Source: Blastocystis sp. Blastoise (lineage: Eukaryota; Protista; Bigyra: Opalinata). Taken from it: a DNA stretch of 64,000 bases. Below, piece by piece: positions 13,035-30,340 of the stretch (the stretch's first letter is position 1; every line of letters starts with the position of its first letter). The DNA lies in assembly GCA_039096225.1 (NCBI GenBank), contig JBBPEB010000006.1, positions 434,001 through 498,000 on the forward strand, read 5' to 3'. The notes below the pieces were generated by a model, which was not told where the DNA came from, made no database searches, and saw only the letters and a program-made list of their open reading frames with translations. Both the position numbers and the translations under genes were made by a program.

Positions 13035-13813
13035 TTATTCCATAGCATGTTCTTTTAACCACTATATATATAATAATAATCATATAAATAATATTAATAT
13101 AAAATATACTTTTTCTTCTCTAGTAAAGTCGTATGTAAATACAGGCTATATATAATAATATAGTAATTATATATATATATATATATATGGATAGAAAGAA
13201 TATACGATTGTAGAATAAGTAGGTATGTCCATAGAATTAGAAGAAGAAGAATCAATCGATGGATCAACAACAACACGACATAACTATAGTTATAAATAAG
13301 TTGAATATTAAATAATTAAATAAAAAATAAAGAATAATAAAAAATAAAAAATAAAGAATAAAAAATAATAAAAAAAAAAATACAGATATATCTTCAGGAA
13401 CATTTTGTAAACGAATATTAGGAACATCTCTAGAAAATAAAAATAAAATAGTTTAAAATAGTATATAAAATCATTTGAGTATAGTATACTCAGGATTCAC
13501 TTCTTTTTGAATAGGCATAACAGGAGTTACAGGTTGGGATCCGACAATATTTTGATTTTGAGTTGGACCAACAGGTTTTTGTGGAAGAGCAGGAGCCATA
13601 CCATTCATATTAGGATATGTTGGTATCATGGGTACTTGTCCAGGAATCATATTGTTATTCTGAGGATAATTTGGTACTCCTCCTGGAATTTGCATGACTC
13701 CATATCCACCTGGAACTTGTGGAACTCCACTAAATTGACTACAAACACGATTAATTTTTGTGTGATTCTATGAGAACATACGGATAAGCATAACCGAAAT
13801 TGCCTTGGTTCAT
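13035..13813 (-). CDS. Small Pro/Gly-rich protein with C-terminal UMA-like (UBAP1/MVB12, ESCRT-I) motif
   Basis: Spliced MNQGNFGYAYP|GVPQVPGG..|RDVPNIRLQNVPEDIS|LCRVVDPS..|PVFTYDFTREEK|WLKEHAME*; LxxVP...YDFxxE resembles the UMA consensus. Confidence 0.55.
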
Positions 13814-13855
13814 TGAAAATAATTTATAATGTGTAAAAGAGGATAAAAATAAATA

Positions 13856-14062
13856 AAAACTGACTCATTCAACAAGACTAGTAAAAACTGAATTAAATTC
13901 AGGTTGAATCAGTCTTAAAAGACTTTAGTAGTATACAACTACGGTCTAAAAATCTTATAACAGGTAGGAAACCTTCCCTATAAAGATTTATTCTATTTTA
14001 CGAATCCGTAGGAAAAACGAAGAAACTGACTCTCTAAATCAGTCAGACTCCCAAGAGAGTTT
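13856..14062. other. Multi-hairpin structured intergenic element (possible ncRNA or cis-regulatory RNA)
   Basis: At least six complementary stem pairs and a direct repeat AAACTGACTC (13857, 14023); see findings. Confidence 0.4.
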
Positions 14063-14224
14063 TTAGGGAAAATGAATTTAAAAAAAAATTCAAGTCCTTT
14101 TTTTATTGCATAATTATAGTTTATTTTTATAGATCTAGTACCTACTTTAAATAGGTGCAGATATACATTTTTCTAAAAGATTTAAATTGAGAATTTCAAG
14201 TAGATAACAAGTAACTTGTGATTC

Positions 14225-16719
<2,495 letters not shown>

Positions 16720-17973
16720 TATATATATATATATATATTATACTATCTATATATATTATATTATATATAACTACATATACATTTTCTATTAATTATCTAT
16801 TTATACGTTTTCATTCAATCAATTATATATCTATGTATCTCCTTTCTATTAATTATCTATTTATATATATATACATTTTATATATTATACTATCTATTTA
16901 TATTTTACTATTAATTACATATTTAATTAAATTCATTAATAATATTATTAAAAAACATTGAATATTTTTTCATTATATATATAACATGTTGCTGTCTTCT
17001 TCTTTTTTATAATGCTAGACATATAGTATTATTTTCAAAATTATTGAATCTATATTATGTTTATTATCTTGATATTTCTTTCTAATTAAATATAACTAAT
17101 TAATAAAAACATTTTTTTTGTATTATTTTTACACATTTTCTTTTTTTAAAATTAATATTAATGAATATTTTTTATGAAAAATTATTATTTAAATACATTC
17201 TTTTTGTTTCTATCTTATGAATAATAATCTACATATAAATATTATTAATAATATAATTATTTTCTATGTCATATCTTTGCTAATATATATATTAAAATTA
17301 ATATGATTCAACACGTTTATTTCTGATATATGTACATATTTTTTTAGAAGAATTATATAAGTATTTATTTATTATTATCATCAAACACTTTTATATGAAT
17401 CATATTGTAACCTAAATATATTTCATCTTTGTTGTATAAACTAATAATATATATATGCATAATCTATTAAAGAACAACTACAAAGAAATATAAATTGAAC
17501 ATTTTTAAATAGACTTGGAGAGAACAATATAATTCTTAAAGATAAAAATAAATAAATATAATAATGCAGCACACAATCAAAGGTGAACAAAAGAGATTTT
17601 TAAAAAAGACAGAAAAAAAATAGCAGTATTAACAAAATAATGAAATTTAATCAAAATAAAAAATTAAAAAGATTAGAAACAAAAAAATTAAAAAAATGAC
17701 AAAAAAAAAGAGAATAAAATAAATAAATAATTAAATTATTATAGAGAAAAATTCAACTAAAGAAAAACTTTAGTTTAATTAGGGTGATAAGGATATACAG
17801 GAATAAGTGAATTATTATAATATTAATATAAATGTAAATATAAATATAAAAAAAGATAGATAGAGAGTGAGAGAAGTAATGAATAGATGTATTTATATAT
17901 AAATATTATTATATATTTATAAAATACTAAGGAATGAATTATATAGAGAATCAGTTATGAATAATAAAATGAT

Positions 17974-18005
<32 letters not shown>

Positions 18006-18693
18006 AAATAAATAGATGAATGAGTTTATTACACACACAAAATTATATATATACATCTAATTAAATATAAAATAAAATAATAAAATGTATATAAATACGA
18101 GTGTATATATATATGTGTTGATGTATATCTGTATAATAGTTGATAACATCAATAATAGAAAGAAAAGAATAATCAATTTCATATATTTGCAAATAAAAAG
18201 AAAAATTAAGAAAAAAAGGGAAAAATGATCTATGAATGAATAATTACTAAAATAGTAATAATGAGAAATAAATTAAAAAGAAAGTTTTGTTAAAAGAATT
18301 GAAGTATATATATATATATGAATAGAATATTTTTATATAATTGTATAGAGAATAATAAAAAGAAGAATACTGCAAATTGAATAACAATACAATAAGTATA
18401 ATTCAACAAAAGAAGATATATATATATATATATAATTATAAAAGAAAAGAAAAGAAAAATATATATATATACATATGTATATATGTATATAGAGGATATT
18501 ATATTGTGAAATAAATAAGAATATAAGTATACATATAATTATGTACATATACTATAAGAATAAAATAAAATAATATATAGTATAATATATATATAAAGAA
18601 ATAAATTAAAAATAAGATATTTTAGAATCAAGTAGTAGATATTATAAATAGATATTACAAATAGTATAATAAATATAAACATATATAAAGAAA

Positions 18694-19415
18694 CTATAAT
18701 AATTCAACAAGAATATAAGATAGTATCCATCCAAGTAATAAAGATATATAGAAATATAATATATATTTAATATAATTAGTTTGTTTATATAATTCTGTTT
18801 CTTTTATATATGTACTCATAGTAGATAAAGATCCGGAATATGCCGATTTAAATAATAGTAATAATATATATATATCATTAGACGTATATATACTTAAACT
18901 ATCTGAAAAAGTAGCTAGAATAACAGCTATAAGATTACCAAATAATGTTCCAAAACAGAATATATCGTTATTACAGTAATACCCTAAATACCATCTTGTT
19001 AATCCTCCTAATATAGAGAAGAATGAACCATAAGCATATAAGGGATAATTTATACATGTCAATTGAAGAACTATATATATATATATTTAATCATTTAATA
19101 ATAATAATAATAATAATAAATTATTAAGCTATATTAATATACCAATAAGAATGATAATAAAGGAAAGTAAAGATGATATTAATATAATATTATTAATAAA
19201 AACAGAATGAACTTGTTCCTTATAATTAAATTCTTGAATCTGTTTATTTAATTCTTCTTGTTCATAACGTAATTCTATAGAAGTTCGAATAGAACAATGA
19301 CTATCTGAAAGAGAAGAAACAACACTCTTTGATGGATGTATTGAAGAAGAGACTGGAATAGTATTATTCATATTATTATTTTGGTTTGGAGAAAGTATAT
19401 TATTATTATTATTTA

Positions 19416-19496
<81 letters not shown>

Positions 19497-20521
19497 CAAC
19501 ATTATTATTATTTATATTATTATTAAAATTATCTATATTATAATTAGTTATATTATAATTTGGTTGATTAGGAACAGAAGTAGATGTAGAATTTGTTGAA
19601 GTTGGACTTAAAGAACGTATTCCTGTTAATTCTATAGCTAATGGAAATGGACTCATATTTATAAAATTATCTTTAGAATGATTACAACATGTATAGGTTT
19701 TCTTATTAAATAATTTTTGAATAAAATTATAATGAAATATCCATTTACCGAATTGTATACCACTCTATATATATAATTATTATTCTTAAAATAATAACAA
19801 CATAAATATGAAAAAAAATCCTATTAAACAACATAATAAATATAATAATAAACCTAGAAAAAACATAATAAATACAATTATAAACCTAAAAAGAAAAATA
19901 ATAATAAATATAATAATATACTGTATATATCGTTGAATTAGCATATGTGAAAATAAGCATATATAAAAACGATAAAAATACTTCATAAGAAGATGATTTC
20001 TATATAAATATATTCATGAATAAATGAATATGTTAATATTATATTAAGAATAGAATTAAAATAATATTTTCAATAAATAATAAATACTTTATTCATTACA
20101 TCTTTAACCATATATAATATCCAAGAACTAAAGGATGTTAAACAACCACAAAAACCAGTTCCAAAAGGCTTATCTAAAAAGGTTGCTTTAAATGAAATCG
20201 ATTTCCCTTCTAACAAACCCAATATAAAACTATATATATAACAGATAAGAAAAAGTCAAAAAAAAAAGTATAAAAAGAGTATTAAAACACATATAATTAA
20301 CACAAATAAAAAAAAATACCACCCTAAGCCATTTGCTATGACAAGTGATGCAATTGAATCTTGTATTGTTTGGTTTCCAAATAAATCAGTTAGACCCTGT
20401 CTTACAAAGAAACCCAAAGGACAAAACCAACATATTCTATATACAGACACACGATAAACTTCACGTATACAAAAAAATACAATAAGACTTGATTGAGTTG
20501 ATTTGATTTTTCTAAATCCAT
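18694..20521 (-). CDS. FEX: FEX-type fluoride export channel (two Fluc/CrcB domains), multi-exon, poly-Asn linker
   Basis: Domain 1: GFFVR..IANGLG..GTGFCGCLTSFSSW. Domain 2: GGLTRWYL..FGTLFGNL..SAYSGSLSTMSTYIKE. Confidence 0.85.
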
Positions 20522-20963
20522 ATTTATTTTTGATTTCACGTATTTAGTATTTTAAAGAAAATCCTATACGAAAAGGGAATTAATAAAATAGAAATGAAAA
20601 AAATGAATAGTTAGAGTATTCTATGCATACAATTAAAATAATGACATTTTGAACTTTTCTTCTTTTTGAAAGTCGAAAAGTGTTTTAAGGCATCTGAATT
20701 TTTTACAAAAAAGTCGATTCTCGTGGGAAACCTAGATAATCTGTCTAAATGATAGAAAATATTCAAGATTATCACAGTTTTCTGTTTATTTAGCTATTCT
20801 CGTGAATAAGAGCTTTTTTAGATTTTTTCAGTTCGAATATTTTTCATTTTGTAATAGTTCATCAAGTACATACAAAAGTATATAAAATATTTATTGTTTA
20901 GCTTGTTGTACATATACAGATTATTCTTATGATATCATAAATCTATATAATTCCTTATAATAG

Positions 20964-23669
20964 TGAATCCTCTTGCTGAGTTGAACGGAGATGCTGAAAG
21001 AATCAAAGAGAAATTAATAGATTTCGGGTTTGATCAGTCTTCTATTGATAAAGAAGCATTACGTAACTTAGTACGTTTTTCAATGAGCTTTTATTTATCG
21101 ATATTGTCTATTTTTATAGTTTAATAAGTTTGTAGAGACTTTACCAGAAGATACACCAAAAAAGAAATTATATGAGATCATTACGATAGCTCAGGGTGAT
21201 GAATTAGAGATTCAAGACGAAATTCAAAAACTCTGGTATAGTAAGCTTATTGAATAATTAAATAAATATATATATTAATTTATATTCCTCTATAGAAGAT
21301 AATAATGATAACGATGGATGGATATCTGTATCTAAACACCCTCGTGCTGTATATATATACATTATAATTCTTTATAATTCATGTTTCTTTATAAATATGA
21401 ATCATAATCACTCTAATTATCTTATTATATTTAGAAAGTTTCTCATAGTAAAGATCCTTTGAATTTAACAAAACTAAATAATCATAAAGAAGAGAATGCT
21501 GATACTAGAAATACTATTCCAAATTCTTCTCGTTTATATAGAACTACATCTGCAAAACACTGGAATTTAAGTATATATTTATATTAATATATTCAATATA
21601 TTTATTATAATGTGTTGATATTAGTTTTGTATATCTGTTATTATTATTATTATTATTAATTTATATTATTTAATGGACATTAATAATAATAATAACAGAT
21701 ATACTAATAATAATAATAATAACAGATATAATAATAATAACAGATATAATAATAACAGATTTAATAATAACAGATATAATAATAATAATAGCAATCATAA
21801 TTCATTAGATAATAATTCTTTTATTCCTTTTCATCACGCTACTCATCGTAGATATACAAATAAACGTGGGAATAAGGCAAATATATTTGGAAAACAATTC
21901 GAACAATGTATATATATTTATTATATATATATATATATTTCTATTCAACTTTGGTTTATGTATTATTTAACATATGAATTTTTATTATTATTATGTATAT
22001 ATTATTATTATTATATATATATTAGTAAATGAATCTTCAGATGTAAAAGAAATAACCACGGAAACTCATCCATCGACTACTGAAAATTCCAATATAACCC
22101 TGAATACTATTTCTTCTAGTACTTCTACTACTTCTCCATCTATTCCTATTTCTCTTATTAAACATCCTTCTACTTCTATGATATTAAGACAAAGATCTAC
22201 TACGAAATATTTAAAAGAACATGTTCCTAGAAAGTTAAGAGATGCTATGAACACAATAACACAATTATCTCCTAAAGATGAAATTATTAATGAAGATATA
22301 CAAAAAGAAAATAATCATAATGATAAGAATAATAATAATAATCAATATGTATATATTTCCAATAAAAGAAGAAATTATCATAATAATAATCCATATTTTA
22401 TTAATAAGAATGAAAGAAGAGATAAATATTATAAACCATATAATAGTAATAAATCTAGTGAAAATAATGAAGAAATAAATAATAAGAATACAACCCTAAA
22501 TCAAGCTCAAACTCCATCAGATGTATATATATATATATTTGTTTATTTTTAGGTATACTATTTCAATTTTACTTTTTTTTCAATTTATATATATAATAAT
22601 ATTAGTGATTTTTTTATAAATATTTATAAACATAATATATATATAAAACAATATATATATATAGTCTAATAATGATGTACATAAAGATATTTTAAGTGAT
22701 AATGAACGTAATAAACGTGAATATATTGAAGGAGTAATGAATATAAAGAAATATTCAAAGAATACTAATGGATATAATCATAGATATCATAAATATAATA
22801 GTTATTATAATAAATATAATAATAATAAAGAAAATAATAATAATAATGAAAATAATAATAATAATAATAATAATAATATACCTAATTCTACTGTTTCTAC
22901 TACTCCTGCTGATAATACTGTTTCTATTGCTGAAGAAAATACTACTACTTCTACTACTACTACTACTACTGTTTCTACTAATGATAATAATAATGAAATA
23001 GACTCCACAAATATGAATAATCATGAATTAAATCATTTTAAGCCCCAAAATACATTTAATAGAACATATAATCATTATAATAAATATAATAATCATTATA
23101 ATAAATATAATAATCATTATAATAAATATAATAATCATTATAATAAATATAATAATCATTATAATGTTGATAATAATGTTGATACTAATAATGTTGATAC
23201 TAATAATGTTGATAATAATAATGTTGATACTAATAATGATAATAATAATGATAATAATAAGATAAATAATATTGATGAAAATAAAGATAATAATAATAAT
23301 AATATTAATAATAAAGAAAATAATAATGAAGATAACAATAGTATATATAATCATTATCACCATTATAATCATTATAGTAAATATAATCGTTATAATCATT
23401 ATAACAAATATAATCATTATAATGCTGATAATGCTAATACCGTTGAAGCTACTAATAATTACCATCATTATAACAAATATAATCAATATAATAAATATAA
23501 TCATTATAATAAATATAACAATAATAATAATGAAACACAGTCAAATATTCGTGTACGTTCTATTCGAATGGATACACGTGAGTCCCATCCAATAGAATCA
23601 CTCACTACTTCATCTATTACTATGAATAATAATAATAATGAAAATGAAAATAAAGATAATAATAATAAT

Positions 23670-23705
<36 letters not shown>

Positions 23706-24642
23706 GCTACTAATAATAATAAAGTGAATTTATCACCTGTATCTGATGAGATTATGAATGATATAAATGGAATTATTGATACTATGTTACAAGATGTTAT
23801 TAAAGAGTTTAATAATAACAATGATAATGATAATAATATTAATAATAAAAATAACAAAATGAACTCTGTTCATGAAACTGAACTAAAACGTATATTTAAA
23901 TATATATACTTACATTTATTATATCTTATATCTATAATATATAGATTCAAGAAATACTCCAATTTCTAAACCAAAGGTATATATATATATATATATAAAT
24001 TTTATTTTAATCAAGTTTATACTATTGTCTCTTATTATTCTATATAAATAGTTGCCATTAGAAGTTCCCTCCTTTTCTCTTGGTCTTTGGCGCCAAAATG
24101 AAGATCAAGATGGTATTATTTTTAGTGAATTACCTGAAATTGACTCAGATATAAGTATAAATAATAATGATATGCTTGAAATACAAGAAGAAATTCTACC
24201 AATAGAAATAGAAACTAGTTGTTCACCTCAAGAAGTTCTAATAGAAACAGTAGATAATAATACTATTTCATCTGAATCTATTGTATCCAATGAATCTGCT
24301 TCAATTAGTAATACTATTTCAGACCCTTCAACGGTAATGAACGATAGTAATGAGTTAGTGGAATCAAAAACATTAAATATATCTAATACAGATAATACAA
24401 TCAATAATGATAATGATAATAATGATAATAATAATAATAATAATTCTATACCTATTACTACAAATAATAATGATGATAATAATTTGGTTAATAATAATAA
24501 TACTAATGATGATAATAATAATAATAGCGATAATAATAATATTAATATTAATAATAATAATAATAATAGCGATAATAATAATAATATGTATACTTCTTCT
24601 TATACTTCTCTTCCTTACTCCACTGCTGTATATACATCTTTA

Positions 24643-24673
<31 letters not shown>

Positions 24674-24801
24674 CTTATATTACTACTTCAACTCCCTCTG
24701 GTCCTCTTTCATCTAGTATATTAATATAATGTCTTATATTATATTATATTATATTATATAGATCAGATATCAAGTTTAGATTCAAATAATATTCAAGTAT
24801 T

Positions 24802-24844
<43 letters not shown>

Positions 24845-24879
24845 AGTCTTCAAAACAGCAAATGATGACTCATATCCTT

Positions 24880-24924
<45 letters not shown>

Positions 24925-25177
24925 CTTTAATTTTTTTACCTGGAGTTCCTGTAGAGAATTATATGTATAGTCCTTATGTTGATCAAAACTATTATGGTAT
25001 ATATATATTATAAATTCAAAAATTATATATAATAATATATATATAATAATATATTTAATAATAATGCATATAAAGGTGTATTTTATCCTGGTGATTATCA
25101 TTATCCTAATCCTTCATTCCCGCCAACAATGCCCGCCATTCCCTCAAACTATAATCCTATAAATCAAAATATACCTT

Positions 25178-25232
<55 letters not shown>

Positions 25233-25513
25233 TCCAATGAATCCTTATACTTATGTACCTCAATTCCCGTATATATATATATATTATTATTATAAACAAT
25301 AATATATATATTTATAGTCAACAAAATACATATATGAATAATCGAAATGATTACTCAAAGAATAAAAGAACAAATGCATATACAAAAGTTAACATGAATT
25401 CTACAACTAAACCAAATTTGAATAATTATAATCAAAGTATATATATAATATAATATAGTATTATTTAAATATTATATATATATATAGATATGTATCATTA
25501 TCCTCAACTTTAA
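20964..25513 (+). CDS. Large Asn-rich low-complexity protein with N-terminal UBA/CUE-like helices and WISVSK motif (UBAP2/Def1-like architecture); start uncertain
   Basis: Spliced exons NPLAELNGDAERIKEKLIDFGF..KKLYEIITIAQGDELEIQDEIQKLW..DGWISVSKHPR, followed by ORFs 21673, 21974, 22737 and 24052, and a Y/P/Q-rich C-terminus ending MYHYPQL*. Confidence 0.5.
23068..23165 (+). repeat. Coding 21-bp tandem repeat (NHYNKYN)n
   Basis: AATCATTATAATAAATATAAT repeated about 4.5 times in frame. Confidence 0.9.
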
Positions 25514-26336
25514 AGTTTTAATATACACACTATTTCGATTTATTATTTTTAGAATTTGTTTTTATTTATTTCCTTTGAATACTTTTTGTCTTATGTTTTT
25601 TATTAAATATATTTAATTTACATCTTTTTATACATATCAATTATGTTAGAATATGTATTAATTAATATAATTTTTCATATTCAATTGGTTAGTTAATTCG
25701 ATTTCACAAGAAACAATATATTTAAATGTTAATTATTATTTTCTAATATCATTTGACGATGTATTTATAGGATATAATTCATATAAAATATATATAATTT
25801 TAAGAAAAATTTTTTTAGAGTTCATTCTTCATTAAAAAATGTTAAAAAACACAGTCAGAGGTTGATATAGTAATTACATAATAAATACTATGAAGATAAT
25901 ATATATATGGAAAACATATAATATAATAGTAATAATAGTAGAAAGAATAATATCTTGAAGAAATTTAATATAGAAAGAATTACTATAATCATATATATTA
26001 TTAATTATTATTATATTATAGTAAATTTTTGTTGTAAAATAATTAAGTAATATATATATTATTAGCTTTTTTAATAGATATAGTTACTTGTATTCCATAA
26101 ACGGTATTCAAATAATTAAAAATACCATTCTTCTATTCTTGGTTATTTATACAAAAAGTCTACTAATTAAAAAATGTTATTTAATTATTTATGAATAACA
26201 TAATTTCAAGTAAAATAAAAAATCAAATAAACAACAACATACCTAATAAATAATAAAATATTATACATATAAATGCAAGCAAAACTAGAATACCTATTTA
26301 TAATAATATACACAATAATTTCTATTTTAATATTTC

Positions 26337-26996
26337 TTATTCATTCTTCTTTTCAATAATTATACAAAGTTCTACATTAGGCATATAGTTTTGTATATAT
26401 GTTTCTAGCATCAATTTATGGTTTGAATACTCAATAGTATCTATAATAATATAAATAGTATATATATATAAATAAAATAATAGAAATACTATAAAAGTGA
26501 ATGACGAGTTTTCTTAAAAATAGAAATTGTCTACGAAGAATCAATTCTATCATTTTATTCATATATTCATAATCATTAAAAACTAAAAAAACATAAATAT
26601 AAATATATTCATAAAAAACATACATAATTCTAAGTATAATAAATGTTCAACAGAATCTTGTGTCAATTGATTATATATATAATCATAATAATCATGGGAA
26701 TATTCATTATTTTGAATGAGTGATTTACACATAATAATAGAATGAATTGGTTTATGTAAATAGAAAGAAAGAGAAGGAAAACACTCAAATACATTAGGAA
26801 TTAAAATCTGTATTCCTGTTGCTATATATAGAAAATATATAATACTATATATATAATAATAATATAGATATACATATAGTACAGAGTTCAATAGTAAATT
26901 CTTTAAATAAGGGTAAAGAAAGAGAAGTAGATTCTTTAAATGAATCCATAAATGTATATATAGGTGTTAAATCGAATTCATAATCTGGATCCTTAC

Positions 26997-27033
<37 letters not shown>

Positions 27034-30000
27034 ATATAATATATATACTATTTGAATATAATTGTATATCTAAAGATGCTAATTTTAATAATTTATTTTG
27101 TTTTATGTAATTTGATAAACATATAAAAACATCATTAAAAATAGTTGAGCTACCTATAAATATAAATATAGGTTTAGAAAAAATATATACTTAAGATAAA
27201 TGATAAATGTTGAATATTTTTCCATAAGTTTGAATTCATACATTTATTTAGAAGATAATCTGTAAAGAAATTACCTAAATAATATAATAAAATATATATA
27301 ATATAAATATACATGAAATAGATAATGTGCCTAGTTGATTAGAGAATAAAGAAAAGAAATTATATAGAATAGTATCAGTATTTATATCTAGAGACTGTAT
27401 ATTGATTATTTTATGGTTATCAAACCATTCATTTCTATCTATATATATATAAAGAATTATATAAAAATATAAAACAATATAAAAAAAAATCAAGAATTAT
27501 ACATATCTATATAAAATATATATACATATTGCTAATGAAGAGACATTTTGATAGTTAATAGTAGAGAAAAGAGAGAAATATTCATTTAAATATCTATTTA
27601 GTTCCTCATAATTATTTATTTCATGAAAATTAGTGACTATTAATATATATATATATATGATATGAATAGAATGATAAAATACTTTCAAGAGAGACTTTAT
27701 GAAGTATTTTGTTATTTATATTAATAAATTTATTCTTCATTTTATCTATAACTTCATATTGAAATGTATTCATACCTATATATAATAGATATATTTAATA
27801 TTTATATATAAATATACATAAATAAAGATGATTTATAGAGCATTGAGTTAAATCAAGATTTGTATAATCTACATTCATTTTATATATATTATGAACTATA
27901 TAAATATATAGATAATAATAATAAAAAAAAATGATTATATACAATTATAATAAATGGTGTTGATTCTAATGATATCAGAATCATAGAATTGTTTCCATAA
28001 TGGATCATAATTACTAACATCAAAATTAACTATATATAATAGTATTATTATTATAAATAAATAGTAATATACTATAAATATTCAATTTATGTTGTTTGTT
28101 TATTCGATAGAGATTGTCTATTGTTTCTCTATCAAATAAAGGACTATTAAGTTGTTCTTTACTATCAGCAAATAAGATAGAATCGAATAATTGTATTAAG
28201 GATATAGGAAATAGAGTATTCATTATCGATTGTATTCTTGAAGGATCTCCTGTATATTGAAGATGACATAAATCATAGATATGTAATAGAGGGAAACGAT
28301 CTCGAGTAATAAGAGACAAAATCTCTTTTAATATCGTAATATCTTTATTTGTTTTACTTATATCTAAATGTAATATATATATAATATTATTTATTATAAT
28401 ATATACGATCTATTTGAAGTGTAGTTACATTAGGAAATACATGAGTAGCAATGATATCTTTAACTAATTGTATATATTCAGGATATGAATCTAATTGAAG
28501 AACTATACATGTTATGATATATATTAATAATTAAAATAATATATAAATAAAAAAATAATATATAAATAAAAAATATATATATAAACAAAAAATATATATA
28601 TAAAAAAAAATAAACACAATAAATAAAAAATAAACACAATAAATAAAAAATATATATATAAACAAAAAACATATATATAAATAAAAAAATAAACACAATA
28701 AATAAAAAAATAATATATAAATAAACACAATAAAGAAAATAATACAATTATATATATTAAGTATTTGAATCGTATCGAATATTCCATCTTGAAATGCCTT
28801 TAGAAATGGAGGAATTTCTACTTGTAATAAATCAAAACTCTTCTCTATATATATAAAAATAATAATAATAGAATAGAATATTATAATCAATAATTACGTT
28901 GATATTCAATAGTTTTTAACTGTTTACAAATAGGTAGATTTAGTATATAATTAACTATTTCATCACATTCAGAATAAGGTCTTCTAAATAATTATATAAT
29001 AATAATTATTATTAATAGAACAATATACTTTAAGATTGGATGAGCAATATCTCTGACTATATATAATAGTATTAACAATAAAAAATAGATATACCTTGAT
29101 TACTATCTACATATATAAAATCGAATGAAATACAATCACTTTCTATTTTCAATGAAGGATTCTTTCTCTGTATATCGACTATTTGTTTATTATATTTATA
29201 AGAATAATGAGAAAGGGATTGTATATATAAATCAGGTTGATTCTCATTCTCATTTCTGATTTCTTCATCAATATCTATAATATCAATTCGTTGAAATAGT
29301 TGTTTTAATTTATTCTTCATTATACTCCAAGTATTCTTATCATTCACTACTTGAATTCGATCTTTATAATAATGATTATTCCAATCTTCTATATGTATAT
29401 TAATATATTCATTATATAATTGAGGATAATTCTCTTCATAATAGAGTAATTTATATTCCTTATAGATTCTATAATAATAAGGATTGGATCGTTTCACTCG
29501 AATCTCTTTCTTTGTAGGATAATAACAAACTATATATATAGATATTAATAAATGATAATATATATACCTTGAATTGTATATGTTTCTAATTTAGGAAAGA
29601 TAGTATGTAAATTAGAAGGATATATAGATTCATAAGGAATATTATCAGAAAAATCAACTATAGATATATATATAAATGAATAAATATTCATATACATTTC
29701 AAAATCACTTTAGTTATATTACATAAATTAAACAATAATGAATGTTCTAAGAATTGAATATTTCTTTCTTTTGTAAATACATCTATTATATATGATTAGT
29801 ATTATTATATTATATATATATACCATAAATAATTAATTCACGTTGTTTATTATCAGCAAAAACGAAGTCTTCATTTCTAATAAAATAATAAGTATAATAA
29901 GTATAATAAAATAATAAACAATACATTTCACATTGATTATCTTTGATAAACTGTTTTAATGATTCTGTTTGAAAATCTTCTATTTTCAATAAATATTGAA

Positions 30001-30340
30001 TCGTTTCATTTCCAAGGAAATATTTTAAACTATCGGAAATATTAAATATTTCATTCATAGAGAGAGAATCAAGAATAAGTTTGTTTTCTATAAATAAAAA
30101 CATATTTTGAATAGAAAATGGAAGAGAATCTATGTAATAGGAATCTTCATCAATTATATAATTCTCTGGATTCTCATAAATCAAAAATAATAACGATTTT
30201 GGATATTTCTTTAAACAACTTAATTGAACACTTATTTTACTCTCATCTTGGAAAATGAAGTTAATTGAATTTAATAATTGTTTTTTAAGTATTTTAAACT
30301 CTGAATAATTGATTATTTGTAATTTTAAATTTGAATTCAT
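26337..30340 (-). CDS. BTB/POZ-like N-terminus plus LRR-like repeats, hypothetical multi-exon protein
   Basis: FIFQDESKISVQLSCLKKYPKSLL..YYID (KCTD-type BTB pattern); later exons LHTIFPKLETYTI, FPLLHIYDL, FPSLSFY (LRR-like); ends ELCIIIEKKNE*. Confidence 0.65.
28530..28745. repeat. Intronic tandem repeat (AAAAAATAAACACAATAAAT-like)
   Basis: Multiple imperfect copies; the source of three spurious F/Y/I ORFs. Confidence 0.85.

Noticed and set aside
13955-13985. CAGGTAGGAAACC resembling SRP RNA helix 8, and GTAGTA resembling the U2 branch-pairing sequence nearby
   Set aside because: It lacks the AGCAG partner strand and the rest of the SRP or U2 consensus.
16720-18690. 2-kb gap between convergent genes as a possible hidden gene
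   Set aside because: It is almost pure A/T low-complexity sequence with no consistent exon blocks; most likely 3' UTRs and intergenic DNA.
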